Shown here: piece by piece, positions 52,301-64,000 of the stretch
How the letters are laid out: each line of letters begins with the position of its first letter
How positions within the stretch are numbered: the stretch's first letter is position 1
Origin: Phoronis australis
Taxonomy: Eukaryota > Animalia > Phoronida
Direction of reading: 5' to 3'
DNA: 64,000 bases
Assembly: GCA_002633005.1 (NCBI GenBank)
Contig: NMRA01000053.1
Location: forward strand, 444,131 to 508,130
Made by a program: the position numbers and the translations under genes
The notes under the pieces: generated by a model
What the model saw: only the letters and a program-made list of their open reading frames with translations
Databases searched by the model: none
Told to the model about the DNA's origin: nothing

Positions 52301-55300
52301 ATATTGCTTTTTCGAATTTGGTATTTGTTTTTATTATTAATTGTTAATCAAATATACATTTTTACAGACTGCAATGGATAGGAGTCCTTATTTTTTCGTG
52401 TTATTTATATACTCTTTGTCAAAATGGAATTTTATTTGTCTCTTTTTATTTTTCGTGTAATATGCTGTCTACTTTTCTGTATTAATAGTAAGAATCATAA
52501 AATTTTCACTCAGTAGATCAATTTCATTTCATGTTGCTTACTTGGCAGAGCCCAACTTAAAGGTGTCATGGTTCCCCCGGTGTTGGTGGACATGAACGAG
52601 GATGATGTCCTTGACCTTCTGGTTTCAACGTTCGATGGAGTCATGCTGTTGCTTGATGGCAAAACTTTGGACGTTATGTGGAGCGTAAACTTCCCTGGGC
52701 ATGAGAGCTACAGGTTAGATCTTTGGTGTTGCAATGCTCACTCATCTTGTATGTACTGTATTACATTACATGGGGCTGAAAGGTCTATAATTTGACTGCT
52801 GTTAAACTGCTGTCGTCTTCTTCCTTTCTAAGATTAACAATGATGTGTGGTAAATATGTAAAACTTAAACCTGTGATGTGGCCAATAGGTGGTGTGCAGA
52901 TCAGACTTAAAATTTTTTGTAATATTTGATGTTGGGATGAACTGACAACTGCTTATTCCTTTAGAGTACGTAATGACCGGCAGATCAAGTCAACTGATTG
53001 ACCACGGTCATTAACAAACTGTGGATTCTTTCCAAAGCCAGAATGCAGATTTATTGCTCCTTCAAGTGACAAGAAGCAGTTGTTAAAAGGAAGTGGATAA
53101 TCTCATTCCAAAATTACATGGCATTGTTCATCAACCATGGAATTTACAGACAATGCCTGACACACCATGGTCAGAATGCAGGGTCAATGGGTAAAACAGA
53201 TTCACGGTGTCGGGCTTGCTCATAAAGATTGAAGCAACTTTTTGTGGCAGTTTTGGATGGAAAGAAGTGCATCCGAATATTTGTTTTCTTACAATACTTT
53301 CTGTGGTGTACTTAGTCACACAATAACAGGATGTTTGTAGGTTGTTATTGTTTATGAGTTCAGTAGTTTAATTGGTATTATGTCATGCGATTCCTGGTAT
53401 AGGAAGTGTGTCAGAGGTAACGCTTCATATGTTGTTATGTAGTTGTGTGTGTATATATTGTTATGATATGTAGAATAAATCAGTTCAGTGTTCAGTTCAA
53501 TTCTGTTCGTTTCACTGCGTAGTTCATGGAGTGTCTACTTTATTTGACAAAGTAAGATACACAACAGTGGCGACGAGATGACTGCGAGCTCACAAAGTTA
53601 CCTGCCCCCGTTTTCCAGTGAATATGATGGTAGCGAGGAGTGGGAATGCTACTTGGAAAGATTTGAACTGTTTCTAGAAGTGAATGGGGAAACAGATTTC
53701 ACGAAGAAGCAAGTGGCAGCAATGTTCTTGCATTCCATTGGCAAGAAGTATTATGGAATTGTACGAAATCTGGTTAGCCCAGCCAAACCCAACCAGAAAA
53801 CATACGTAGAGTTAAAGGAAACTCTGACAAAACACTTGGCAGGACCACGACTGACAATCGCGGAAAGGCGAAAGTTTATCAAACGAGACCAAAATAGAGG
53901 TGAGTCGATTACGGACTATGTAGTCGCGCTCAAACACCTCAGTCTTACCTGCAAGTTTGGTGATAAACTGGACGAGCAATTGAGGGACAGACTTATTAGC
54001 GGAATTGCTAATGAGCGGACTTCGCTAAAGTTGCTTGAGAAGTCAAGGGAAAAGGAACAGACGTTTAACAAAACTGTCGAGTTCGCCTTAGCCAGAGAAA
54101 ATACTTTCATGGAAAACAAAACCATGAAAGGTGAAATAGCTTCCATTGACGTAAAGGTGGTAAAGGCCAAAAGGAAAAATTGGGATCAGAAAAGCCGGCG
54201 AGTTGACAATCCAAAGGCAAGACCAAAGGGGAAAGCCAGCACCGAGTGCTACAGATGTGCCAAGCCCTCACACCATCCAGATGAATGTTGGTTCAAGAAT
54301 GCAACGTGTCACAAGTGTAAGAAAAAGGGGCACATTAAAGTTGCATGTGGGAGACAGCCTAGCACGAGGCGTATACTCCAAGCTGGAGGCGACCCAAACG
54401 ACAGCGAGGACAGCGACACAGAATATAGCGTAAATAACACGGGAACAGATGACGCTATCTACGTAACACTAAATGTTGGTGGTCATTATCTAGAGATGGA
54501 AATGATGACAGAGAATTTGTGGACAGTGAAATGAGTCAATCGGAAGAGAGAGTTGTTGAATCAGATGTTACTGAGGAACCTTATGTTGAATTAAGAAGAT
54601 CAACAAGGAATAGAAAACAACCTGTTAGATTTGGATATGATGACTAATATGTTAGTGTGCATGTAATTAATATAGTGAACTTGATTAGTTTATTTTCTTA
54701 ACAAGAGCCTACTTTATATTTAGTGAGGGAGAGTGTGGTGTACTTAGTCACACAAAAACAGGATGTTTGTAGGTTGTTATTGTTTATGAGTTCAGTAGTT
54801 TAATTGGTATTATGTCATGCGATTCCTGGTATAGGAAGTGTGTCAGAGGTAACGCATCATATGTTGTTATGTAGTTGTGTGTGTATATATTGTTATGATA
54901 TGTAGAATAAATCAGTTCAGTGTTCAGTTCAATTCTGTTCGTTTCACTGCGTAGTTCATGGAGTGTCTACTTTATTTGACAAAGTAAGATACACAACACT
55001 TTCTCTTGTTGCAATTTTAAAAACATGTTCACTGTTGAAAGCAGCATAGCTGTAGAATTTCTGTTGATCAGACATTATCAACCCGAGTCAAGGTGGCCTC
55101 ATTGTTCTACAGTATATATAAGTATTGCTCAATTTTCAGTACACCAGCACCTGGATATTTTAATGATGATGATGTGTTGGATTTCATGTCACACTGGAAC
55201 CATGGAGCCTGGGAGAAATACAATTTATCTAAGGTGAGGCATATGACATAAGATGTGAAGCTGCTTTCTTATTTGCTGATGGGCAGTTTTTTGTCGTACA

Positions 55301-58300
55301 GAATGAATAAATACACATTTTCAGTCAGCTAATACCTTGACTGATGGTAGCTGCAGCTACAATGTCGGGTTGCTCCAAACTTGGAATGGATCGTATCTTC
55401 CTCAGTTTCCGATCATGATTGTTTCACATGCTAAATTGAAGCTCATTCCCATCATTATCCTGTGATGGTATTAGTCCAACTGTGAGAGCACAATGCAACT
55501 TCACCTTGACCCAGTCTCAAATGTGTTTGCACCAGATGGGTCCAATTAAAATAGATGGAATGTGTAGTTTCTTTTAGTAACTCAATGGTCATTTCATGAT
55601 AAAATGATGACAAGGTTGTTCCAAAGTAAAAAAATGCTGTAAAATTTCAATTTTTGTCCATACGTCAAGTGAATTGTTGGTGGCACTGAACCTTTGTCTA
55701 CAAAGAACTCAGTCTTCATGTTGTAACACGGAGTTGTTCAATGGGACATCATTACATTCCTGAAATTATTCTATCACAATAGGAGCTCATTTCTCAACCC
55801 TTAACTCAAAATAATCATATGGGTTGGGATTTGAATTACAGAAACTACAAGCCTGTTCACTATTGTGGCCAGCTTTTTTTAGAACTTTTTTGAGGACTGG
55901 GGAACAAACTGATGGGACTGTAGTTATATTCACTGTGCGCTGTTTTCAACATAGGTTGACTCAGTGCGCTGTTTTCAATATAGGTTGACTCAGTTATTTG
56001 TGTTTATTGGAATATTTATCTTTATGTTATATAGGGCCCAGAAAAATTTCCAAATTTGACCAACTTTTTAACATCATATTTCAGAAAAAGCTTGTAGGAT
56101 TCTTATGAAACTTTCAGATTCTTTGCTTTTCGCGCAGTTCTCCAAAACACTGAAAGGAATTGGTTTTAAAATGTCTCACTTTTGAATGAGGGCTATCAAA
56201 AATAGGAGTCGTATGTTTTAATGGACAAAAGTTTATGAAGTTGGACAAACCGAAATCGAAGAGATAATTTAGAAAACTGAACAATGATTTTGAGAGTGCA
56301 CCTTTAATGTTAAAATCAAACAGAATTTGGCCATGTTGTTAATACCGTTGTTTTGCTATGAACGAACCTTCCTTTTGCTAAATTTTAGTGAAAAGACATG
56401 GTCACATGACCCAAATAATGTCAGATTCATGTAAAGTTAAAAATCTAGTTCTACATTTTTCCTATTTTCAAAAAGTACTTTTACCAAGTTAAAATCAATA
56501 CTTTTGTAGATATTTGGATTAGTGTACTGACTTCTTTAAAAGGCCATACATAACCTTGATATTCTAAATACCCCTAAAGGATTTGTGGAGTTATTTGAAT
56601 GGGGGAACATATGCATCTGTGTTAGGTTCTCTTTTCAGGCTGTAATCATAGACGGCAAGGATGGCTCTGTGATATGGTCTCTAGAGACTGCCACATATGA
56701 AATGGCTTCTGACTTGGTCGCACGGTCCACTAGGCCCTTCTTAGATGCATTTATCTTCCGAGTCAGAGGACGAACTCAAAATCATGACCACACTGAGGTA
56801 AGGTCCATAAGTGCGTTGTTTGTTTATTTGTTTGCACACTATCAGATTTACTTATTGTTGTGTTGGTTTGTTTTGTTAGAACTGCTTTTGTGGTTGAATG
56901 TTATGTCTATGTTATCACGTAAAGTTTGTTAATGGGCGATGCAACAGTATATTACCTCCCCGTTACAAGAAAAATGTTGAGTAATCAAATTTCAATCCCA
57001 TTTGTTGACTACAATTATTTATCTCCTAATGGTGAAGATCTGCCAGACTTTGTGCAGAATGGAGACATTAAATATTGTGAATTATCATCTTGTTGTTGTT
57101 TATTTCCTCTTTTTTCGTGGTCTAAAGTACTAAATGCTATTATGCAAAATGAATTTGCTGTGATTAGGTGATGTTTATTGTTGCATTGCAGTGTGCTTTC
57201 ATCACTTGTACTTGGTTAATTTTCCGTTTCCATTTTCCATTCGGTGAATTTACTTGTTGCTTGCAGAATGTTTTCCCAGGGACTCTGATTCTGTTACGTT
57301 ACTCCTCATTTCTAACTTCACAATATATGATTTTCTTAATGTCGGAACCAAATGCAATGTGGTTTCAGAGGGAAAAACGTCACATGGGGAATACAGGTAT
57401 TATATCTGTGGCAATAGTCTGGTATAACGTGCCCCTATTTTGAGAACCAGTTGAGGCCTGTTATTCAGTGGAGAAAACTGGTTTTCAAAATGGGGAATAT
57501 TTTATCAGACTATTACCATATCTGCTGCTGCTTGCATCTTTCAGCTTAGTCGACTCGGTCTGTTTATCAGCTTTCTGGTGCATATCTTTACAGCAGAGTG
57601 GTGTGCATTAGTCTTAAATTCTACATGGTAAAAGATACTTTAAAAAAGTCGAACATGTCTTACCCACTGTGAAGTCATTGAAGTTCTTCCTTGTACAGCC
57701 AGATGGCAGCACAAGTCTGGCATGTGACCAGCTTCAATTGCCTTGCAGAATTCTCTTATGGAAATCGGACTCAGCTTTTACACAATCCATATAGTAAAGT
57801 GTTTTTGGATTTCTGATTACTGTGACTTTTCCTGTCAAAGTCACTTTTGCAAGGGGAGGGTCGTTATGATTACCTTTCTTGGACTATAAATAAACAATTT
57901 TCTACAGGCATCTTGTTATCAGATGTTGCTATCTCTTCCTACAATCTTCTTATCATTCTTCAAACACAGACACTGTTGCGTGCAAGGCTGTTTAATCTCA
58001 ACTCTATCGAACACTTCAGCAGTCTATGCAATACAATGGCAACTGTTCACCTGTGCTGGGTTGTATAAAAGTTTAAAACTTAAATACTACAAAAGTTTGA
58101 TTGTTGCGTGACATCAGGTACATTGTTCAAGAATGTCGGCGTGACACGTGACGATGCGACGTCATTGTTGCTTGTCAGCGTAAAACCTTTATGTGACCAG
58201 GCTGTGTTACTGGTGACCTCCTTCTTTCTTTTTGCATCCACCTTGTCAAGTCACTTCAATTTTGCAGCGGATGACTTTAGGGGATACAGACAAAGTTTGG

Positions 58301-61300
58301 AATTCTCACGTTTGGTAAAACATCTCTATGCTTACAGACAAATTTGCCTTACTTTGCATTCATTAGTTTGTACATGATGGGTTTTGATTTTAAAAGTGGG
58401 GACCTTGACTGTCGAATTGTTAGTTTTTGACTTGTAATTTTTTCTCCTGTTGACACACCCACTTAAAGGATTATCAGAATGAAGATTCATTGGTTGTTAT
58501 AGATACCCGGTATAATAGTTAACTCTGCAGCACAATTTAAATCATTTTTAAGAGTACTCGTGAATGCTTATCATTAAATTTTCTTGAACAGGTATCGTTG
58601 TGCACTGCTTAGATAAACATTATTCAACTATTTTGCTCTGTTGCTTTGCTTTTCTGTGGAGCTGTGAGGTGGAGGTGCAGGGTTACTTATTATGCGCCCA
58701 CATATTTATATGTGGACACATTATGCCGTCATCTCTGTCCGTCCGGGCGGCGACCATCTGGCTTCCGGCGTCTGCTGCTCTATCTCCAAAACCCTTTGAC
58801 ATACGTTCATGAAATTTGGCACATATGTTCCATTCATGAATGAGATGGCATGAGCAAATTTTGGGACAGATCCGAGTACCGGTGTGCCCCCTAGTGGCAA
58901 TTTAATTTTTTACGCTTACCTTTGTATCTTCAAAAGTCCTAAATGGATTTTTATGAAATTTGGTACGTAGGCACCTATTAGTAAGATGACGCTATCCTCC
59001 CGTTTTCGGATAGATTCGACGTAGTTTGAGCCACCTAGTGGCCATGTTTAGTGTTTTCTATCAACCAAACCGCTCAAAGGATTATTGTGAAAATTGGCAT
59101 ATATGTGCTTACTATGAAGAGGACGGTTGACGATGATTTTCCGATGATTTCGACTACTGTGACGCCTCCTAGTGGCAGTTTTGTTTTTGTTGCGCCTATG
59201 GCTGTATCTCCTAAACCGTTCGCAGGAACTTTGCTTAATTTAGCAAGTGTATTTATGTGTTGTTGACTACGGATGACGACGACTTTCAAACAGATCTGAC
59301 TACTGCTGGCGCCTCGTTGTGGTAGTTTTGTTTTGCGCCCATAGTGGTGTCTCTTAAACCCACTGTAGGATCTTTACTAAATTTAGTAAGTGTATTTATA
59401 TGAAGATAACAACAGACGACGACGACTTTTAGGCGGATCCAACAGACACTGTGCCCACTAGTGGCAATTTCATTTTATTCTGTTTTCCTTTGTTTCTCTG
59501 AAGTTCCTTGACAGATTTTTATGAAATATGGCAAGTTCCTGTTTTTGGACAGATTGTGTGTTTTTGCGCCATCAATTTTTCCATTTTTATGATACAAATA
59601 AATAACCCTTATAGCACACCATTTGCAATGCATTCGTGGGCGCATTTCAATGCTCCGCGTTGCTCTTGTTGCTCTTGTATATATGTTTTCCTGGCGCCTT
59701 AATAATTCATATAGTACAAAGCAATGAATGGACCAAAGAAGAAGCGAATAAAGAACACTACCTGATCATGGGTATAATGTCCAAATTTCAAGTAAAAAAG
59801 TGGGTCGCAAATTTTGATGTAGAGCCTACTTGAACGCCAACACGTGTGAAGTTTGTAGCTGCGATGTTTTGTGCGTCACTGTGGACACAACAAATCCGTA
59901 AATTTTCAATTTAACGTAACGGACAGTTAGGCCTATTGTCTTACATTAGTTTACGTCACCAAGTAATTGCTTATACGGTGGTCTATTCAGATTTTTCTCA
60001 TATTCACTGTCTTTCCAGAAATGTGCAAAATTTCACCGCGTGTTTGTTGATGATAGCTGTACTGTAAACTTAATTGAGTAAATTTGTCTTCTTGTTCACT
60101 CTTTTTGAAAACTTTCTATCAAATAAAATTAGACTGTTCTGCCCTATTGTGTTCTAATTTGAAGAGAATTTTCCATACTTTTGATGTCATGACAAGCCCA
60201 TATTCGAAACGCGCTTAAATCCTCTTTGCATATCTTGCTTCATTATTGCTGGGACCTACTTTGTAGCCCAATACATGTTCAAGGAAGAATTGACAATGTG
60301 TTTTGAAATTATTTATTGATTTATTATGTACTTTGCGTTCATTTGTTTTGAATAGCTCTTATCTAAACCATGCAGACTTTGGTAAAAATTAGCACTGAAA
60401 TGGTTTATTATGTGATTTTTAACATTCCACCTCCAATGTGGTACGCAAGCTGGTTTAGGGGGTTTCAGAGGAACCTGAGCTATCAAACGTGATTGCAAAA
60501 CAGCTTGTCAGTTTTCCAGTGGTCACAAATGTTCTTAGCTACTCTTGAGCACAGCATTCTAGTTCGGCTGAAATGGAGAGACAGAATCTGATCACAATTT
60601 AGAATTTGACCGCCTGTTACCATATCAGTCAGTGACTCGATCTAGTGTCGATTTAGGGATCTAGCCTATTTTCAGTCTTGTTGGCTTTGTCATTAAAACT
60701 CACAAGTCTGCTACGGTAATTTCAATGATTCAGTCTTCAGCAACAAAAATTTTGTTAGGTCCACTCAAGCTTAGCAATCTCTCCTCTTCAGTTTCAAAAT
60801 GATTAAGTGTTTCTGATATCAAAAATCGACAAGGGCAGATGCATTGGGACAAGGCTGGGTTACTTAGCAACAACGATATAGCTAAGTAACCAGGTCCAGC
60901 TATGTGGACTTAGGTTAGGTGTCTTGAGTTGTAACGTTCTTTTTATGACCTTAACAATTTTTCTTTAAACTTAGATAACGAAGACCACAATCGGCCTGTG
61001 TGTCGGGACGATCTCATCGCAGCTAAGTCTCTTGAGGTCTTCCTGGTGACCCGACTGAACACGCAGCAAATGGCGTTGGTTGTGGATGGCACCGCTAAGA
61101 AGTACTACTACAGTATGTCTCATCGTTGACTGTGTATAACGTATTAGTCCATGTACTAGTTAAATGCTCAATTTACCAATGATAATATAGGGGTATTCAA
61201 AAGTGCCAATTTACAGAAACTTGAAGGTAGACATTATGTCTTTGTAAGTCAGAATTGTAGTATATTCTGTATTTGTCAATATAACCCCGCAATGGAGCAC

Positions 61301-63138
61301 TTACCAATCTGACTGGATCTTAGTCCCACAAATTATCCTTTGGGTTTTGTATAGTGGAACACTTTAAATGTTATTCACTGCACTGCTGTGGAGGGGGGAG
61401 GGCATTAATGCTTAGTGCTATTTCTTGTTAATTCCTTGTAACATACGGTTCAAGGTCCCTATTGCTAGGAAAAGTAACTTGATTGATTGAAACAAGAATC
61501 ACCAAAAACGTAATTTTACTGCTTTAATCTTCTCACTCCGGGGTACACTGTGACTGCAGACCCTCACTATCAGAACTCTTCAATTTAGATGTAACTAGCG
61601 AAAACATCCGCAAAAGACACGGGGATGAAGGGGATGAGGAGGTGGAAAGTGGTCCTGCTGATAACGAGACTCTTTGTGCCATCCTTGAGACTAACGAAAG
61701 GATTACAGGTAAGAGTCATCATTATCATCAATGCCTGTCACCCCTACAAGGGTATAGGCCACGAATCAGAGATTTCCATTTTGTTCTGTCCTGGGCGATT
61801 CCTTCTAGCTGTCTCCATGAGTATCCTAACCTCTCCATGTCATCGGTGATGCATCTTCTCCAGGTCATTCGTGGTTTGCCTCTATTTCGTTTACCCAGTG
61901 GGTTCCACTTTAATGCGTGTCTGGAAGTGCTACTTGTTGGTCTTCTTAGTATATGACTAATCCAGCGCCATTTCCTTCGGTGAATCTCCACTTCCACTGG
62001 TGTCTGTCCTGTTCTTTCCCACAATTCTTCATTTCTTATCCTTTCTGGCCACTGTATCCTCAAAATTTTTCTCAAGCATGAATTGACAAAAGTGCCCTAA
62101 TTTTCATGAGACCCCTCTGTATTATTCATACCATATTTACTACTTCATTCACTACATGAATGTAAGAAACAATGATCAACTCCATATTTACTAGTGATGC
62201 AAAGGTCCTTCCCATAGAAATGCCCGCATTCGGGTAATCAGTTGATCCTTTATGACACGAATGCACTCATGCTGATGAACTGCCCGCAATCTGTTCCGAT
62301 GTCAGGGCCTTTATTCTTTAGCTTCGCCTTGGGAATATTGAGCTGTGCATTAGTGCAATGTTTACTGTCTACAATGTCATCAGTGATCATCTGCACCACA
62401 CCCCACTATGCTGTGTTGTCTCCTCTTGTTTCATGTACAAACTCGTTGACAAATGAAAGACTGACAAGTCAGTCTTTTGTATTGGAAATGGTCAGTTCTT
62501 TCATGAACGTGTTCAAAAAAGTCTGCGGTTCTATGTATTGGTTGGTGACTTGGAAGACAGTAGACTAGTTTTGTCTTTGGTGACAGGTTAGAAAACAATA
62601 GTTCAGTTCTGTGTCCATATTCATCAATTCGAAAATGACAGATTGTGCAGTTGGGTGTGGGCCCCCAAGACGACCTTTTCTGTATTGCTGTTGTAGAGGG
62701 ATAAAATGTCTCCCCATTATTAGATCCATCAATTTCCATCATGATTCTGGATCGACATCTGCTTAACTTGCCAGCATGAAAATTGTCATCTTGTTGGAGA
62801 CGTGTGACCTGTGTCATAATGTTCATTGTGAAATATGCTTTCCAGGAGCAATTGGTGACCTGGACGGAGATGGTAGTCCTGACATTGTCCTTCCTTTTGG
62901 ATCATATGCTTTGATCAAGGACAAATCTGGCAGCTATGTAGGAATGAAGTTATTCGCAAAAATTTTGAAAATCAACTTGTCTGATTTGATCAGCAACCCC
63001 AGATGGATTTCTGTGAAAGCCAAGACGGATATAGAGGACCGACACAATGAGTTACAAGAAATCAAGTTGCGTCCCATGTCACAACAACCTTGGACAGGAT
63101 TTCTTGGCAACGGGAATAGTGTTTATGAAAAGACGTGA
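46378..63138 (+). CDS. FAM234: FAM234A/B (ITFG3)-like FG-GAP-repeat beta-propeller type II membrane protein, multi-exon, start codon not located
   Basis: Phase-consistent GT-AG exons: 46378-46752, 47607-47738, 48713-48904, 49641-49783, 50472-50649, 51798-51951, 52549-52713, 55140-55233, 56639-56797, 57369-57396, 60975-61112, 61589-61708, 62846-63138. N-terminal TM (ICLCFCVFIVVVTLTVGLVVFGL); repeated Ca-binding loops DIDDDGRDD, DINGDGKDD, DVDNDNVPD, DMNEDDVLD, YFNDDDVLD, DLDGDGSPD; motifs ETYMSPV, LFGSGGET, C-terminal QPWTGFLG. Family by recognition, not by search. Confidence 0.8.
53302..54998 (+). mobile_element. Gypsy (Mag-like) LTR retrotransposon, internally deleted, gag only
   Basis: 265-bp LTRs 53302-53566 and 54734-54998 (TG...CA, two differences seen), 5-bp TSD ctttc, PBS tggcgacgag (tRNA-Ser GCU type), PPT agtgagggagag; lies in the intron between exons ending 52713 and starting 55140. 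Confidence 0.95.
53578..54534 (+). CDS. gag: Retrotransposon Gag (318 aa) with two CCHC knuckles and a protease stub
   Basis: WECYLERFELF, QNRGESITDYVVALKHLSLTCKFG, LRDRLISGI; CYRCAKPSHHPDEC and CHKCKKKGHIKVAC; ends IYVTLNVGGHYLEMEM, just before the expected DTG. Confidence 0.92.
   Translation: MTASSQSYLPPFSSEYDGSEEWECYLERFELFLEVNGETDFTKKQVAAMFLHSIGKKYYGIVRNLVSPAKPNQKTYVELKETLTKHLAGPRLTIAERRKFIKRDQNRGESITDYVVALKHLSLTCKFGDKLDEQLRDRLISGIANERTSLKLLEKSREKEQTFNKTVEFALARENTFMENKTMKGEIASIDVKVVKAKRKNWDQKSRRVDNPKARPKGKASTECYRCAKPSHHPDECWFKNATCHKCKKKGHIKVACGRQPSTRRILQAGGDPNDSEDSDTEYSVNNTGTDDAIYVTLNVGGHYLEMEMMTENLWTVK
55935..55995. repeat. ~29-bp tandem duplication
   Basis: gtgcgctgttttcaa(c/t)ataggttgactca twice. 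Confidence 0.85.
58690..59670 (+). mobile_element. Helentron-associated (HINE/DINE-1-like) non-autonomous element
   Basis: 5' ttatgcgcccac with hairpin, (gtcc)n, internal degenerate repeats (gaaatttgg ... cctagtggc), 3' gtgggcgcat sub-TIR followed by short stem and ttgtt. Confidence 0.7.
61716..62092 (-). mobile_element. 5'-truncated RTE-clade LINE, 3' end
   Basis: RKILRIQWPERIRNEELWERTGQTPV...RRKWRWISHILR...ALKWNPLGKRNRGKPRMTWRR...IAQDRTKWKSLI, followed by a (TGA)n-like tail. Confidence 0.9.
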
Positions 63139-64000
63139 TGGTGGTTGTGGTGCTGTTTGGAGCTGTGTGCCAACTATTATTTGTCTAATTGGATAGCAGG
63201 AATAGTTTAGCCAAAAGTACATGTATGTTCATTTGTCAGTATTTTTATTGTTGCAATACTATCATGTTGTTACGGTTACTCTGCTGTTGTTATGGTGCTG
63301 AAGAATATTAGTTTAGGTTGTGCTATTTTTAGCTTTCATACTTATGTCAGAACTGAAGTTTTGGTTAGTGGCTATACCACAGACTTAAGTTAAAATGGAG
63401 AAATGCGGTATTTTCTGGAGTTTGAAGTGTTAAATCGACTGGGAGAAGTAAATATGTGTAAAACAAACACCTTGTACCTTGTCAATATGTACACAAACCT
63501 GTGTGTGCCAACTACCACCATTATGATGAAAGCTGATCTAGTAATTTTTTGTGGATTAGGGCAATTATCCCATTAGCCATTAATTCAATACAGATGAACA
63601 TAAATTCTGGATGTGTGAAATGCTTCTAAAATGAAGCAATCTCTAGAGAGCATCTATCTACATCTGCCAGTGCTGCTGGTATGACTGCTACGCAACATTC
63701 CTTTGCGCACATGACATCTCTCGTTATCCATAAAAGTCTGTAGGCTTCACAAATGCTCTTTTAGCATTATAGGCTAAAACAATTACACCAGACATTTGCA
63801 GACTACATAAGCTTGATCCATTGCACAAAACACTCCATTTGAAACTCATGAAACCTTCTTATGTGTTTATAGTAACCAGGCTCTTGCTGAGAGAATGTCC
63901 AGAAATTCATGTAGACCATATTCCTCTGCAGTTGATGGTTGGCATGTGATCCAAGTTAATATCCACAGGTAGTGTCCATAGCCAGTAGTGTAGTGCAGTA

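Noticed and set aside
58600-59833. Cluster of short ORFs
   Set aside because: Lie in or across the Helentron-associated repeat; no coding signal.

Overview
AT-rich, intron-rich eukaryotic (most likely invertebrate metazoan) genomic DNA; the species cannot be fixed from sequence alone. Left half, minus strand (about 1-36 kb): a tandem array of at least nine intact and one decayed paralogous 3'-terminal exons. Each is a phase-1 splice acceptor followed directly by two C2H2 zinc fingers and a stop, with no start codon of its own. This is the architecture of a lola/broad/fruitless/mod(mdg4)-type gene with mutually exclusive DNA-binding 3' exons. Seven of the nine intact exons are absent from the supplied ORF track. 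Upstream lie a Ser/Thr-rich linker exon (IKEEP) and two exons that together look like a beta-grasp (ubiquitin-like) domain. No BTB or other constant N-terminal domain is visible before a divergently oriented gene, so the shared 5' part is either very short, beyond the window, or supplied in trans. Right half, plus strand (46-63 kb): a multi-exon FAM234/ITFG3-like FG-GAP beta-propeller type II membrane protein gene (13 coding exons traced, start codon not located). Its introns hold a young gag-only Gypsy LTR element, a Helentron/DINE-1-like element and an RTE LINE 3' end. MITEs, a tRNA-derived SINE and minisatellites are scattered through the window. All exon calls are from manual reading of splice signals and frame, without transcript evidence.
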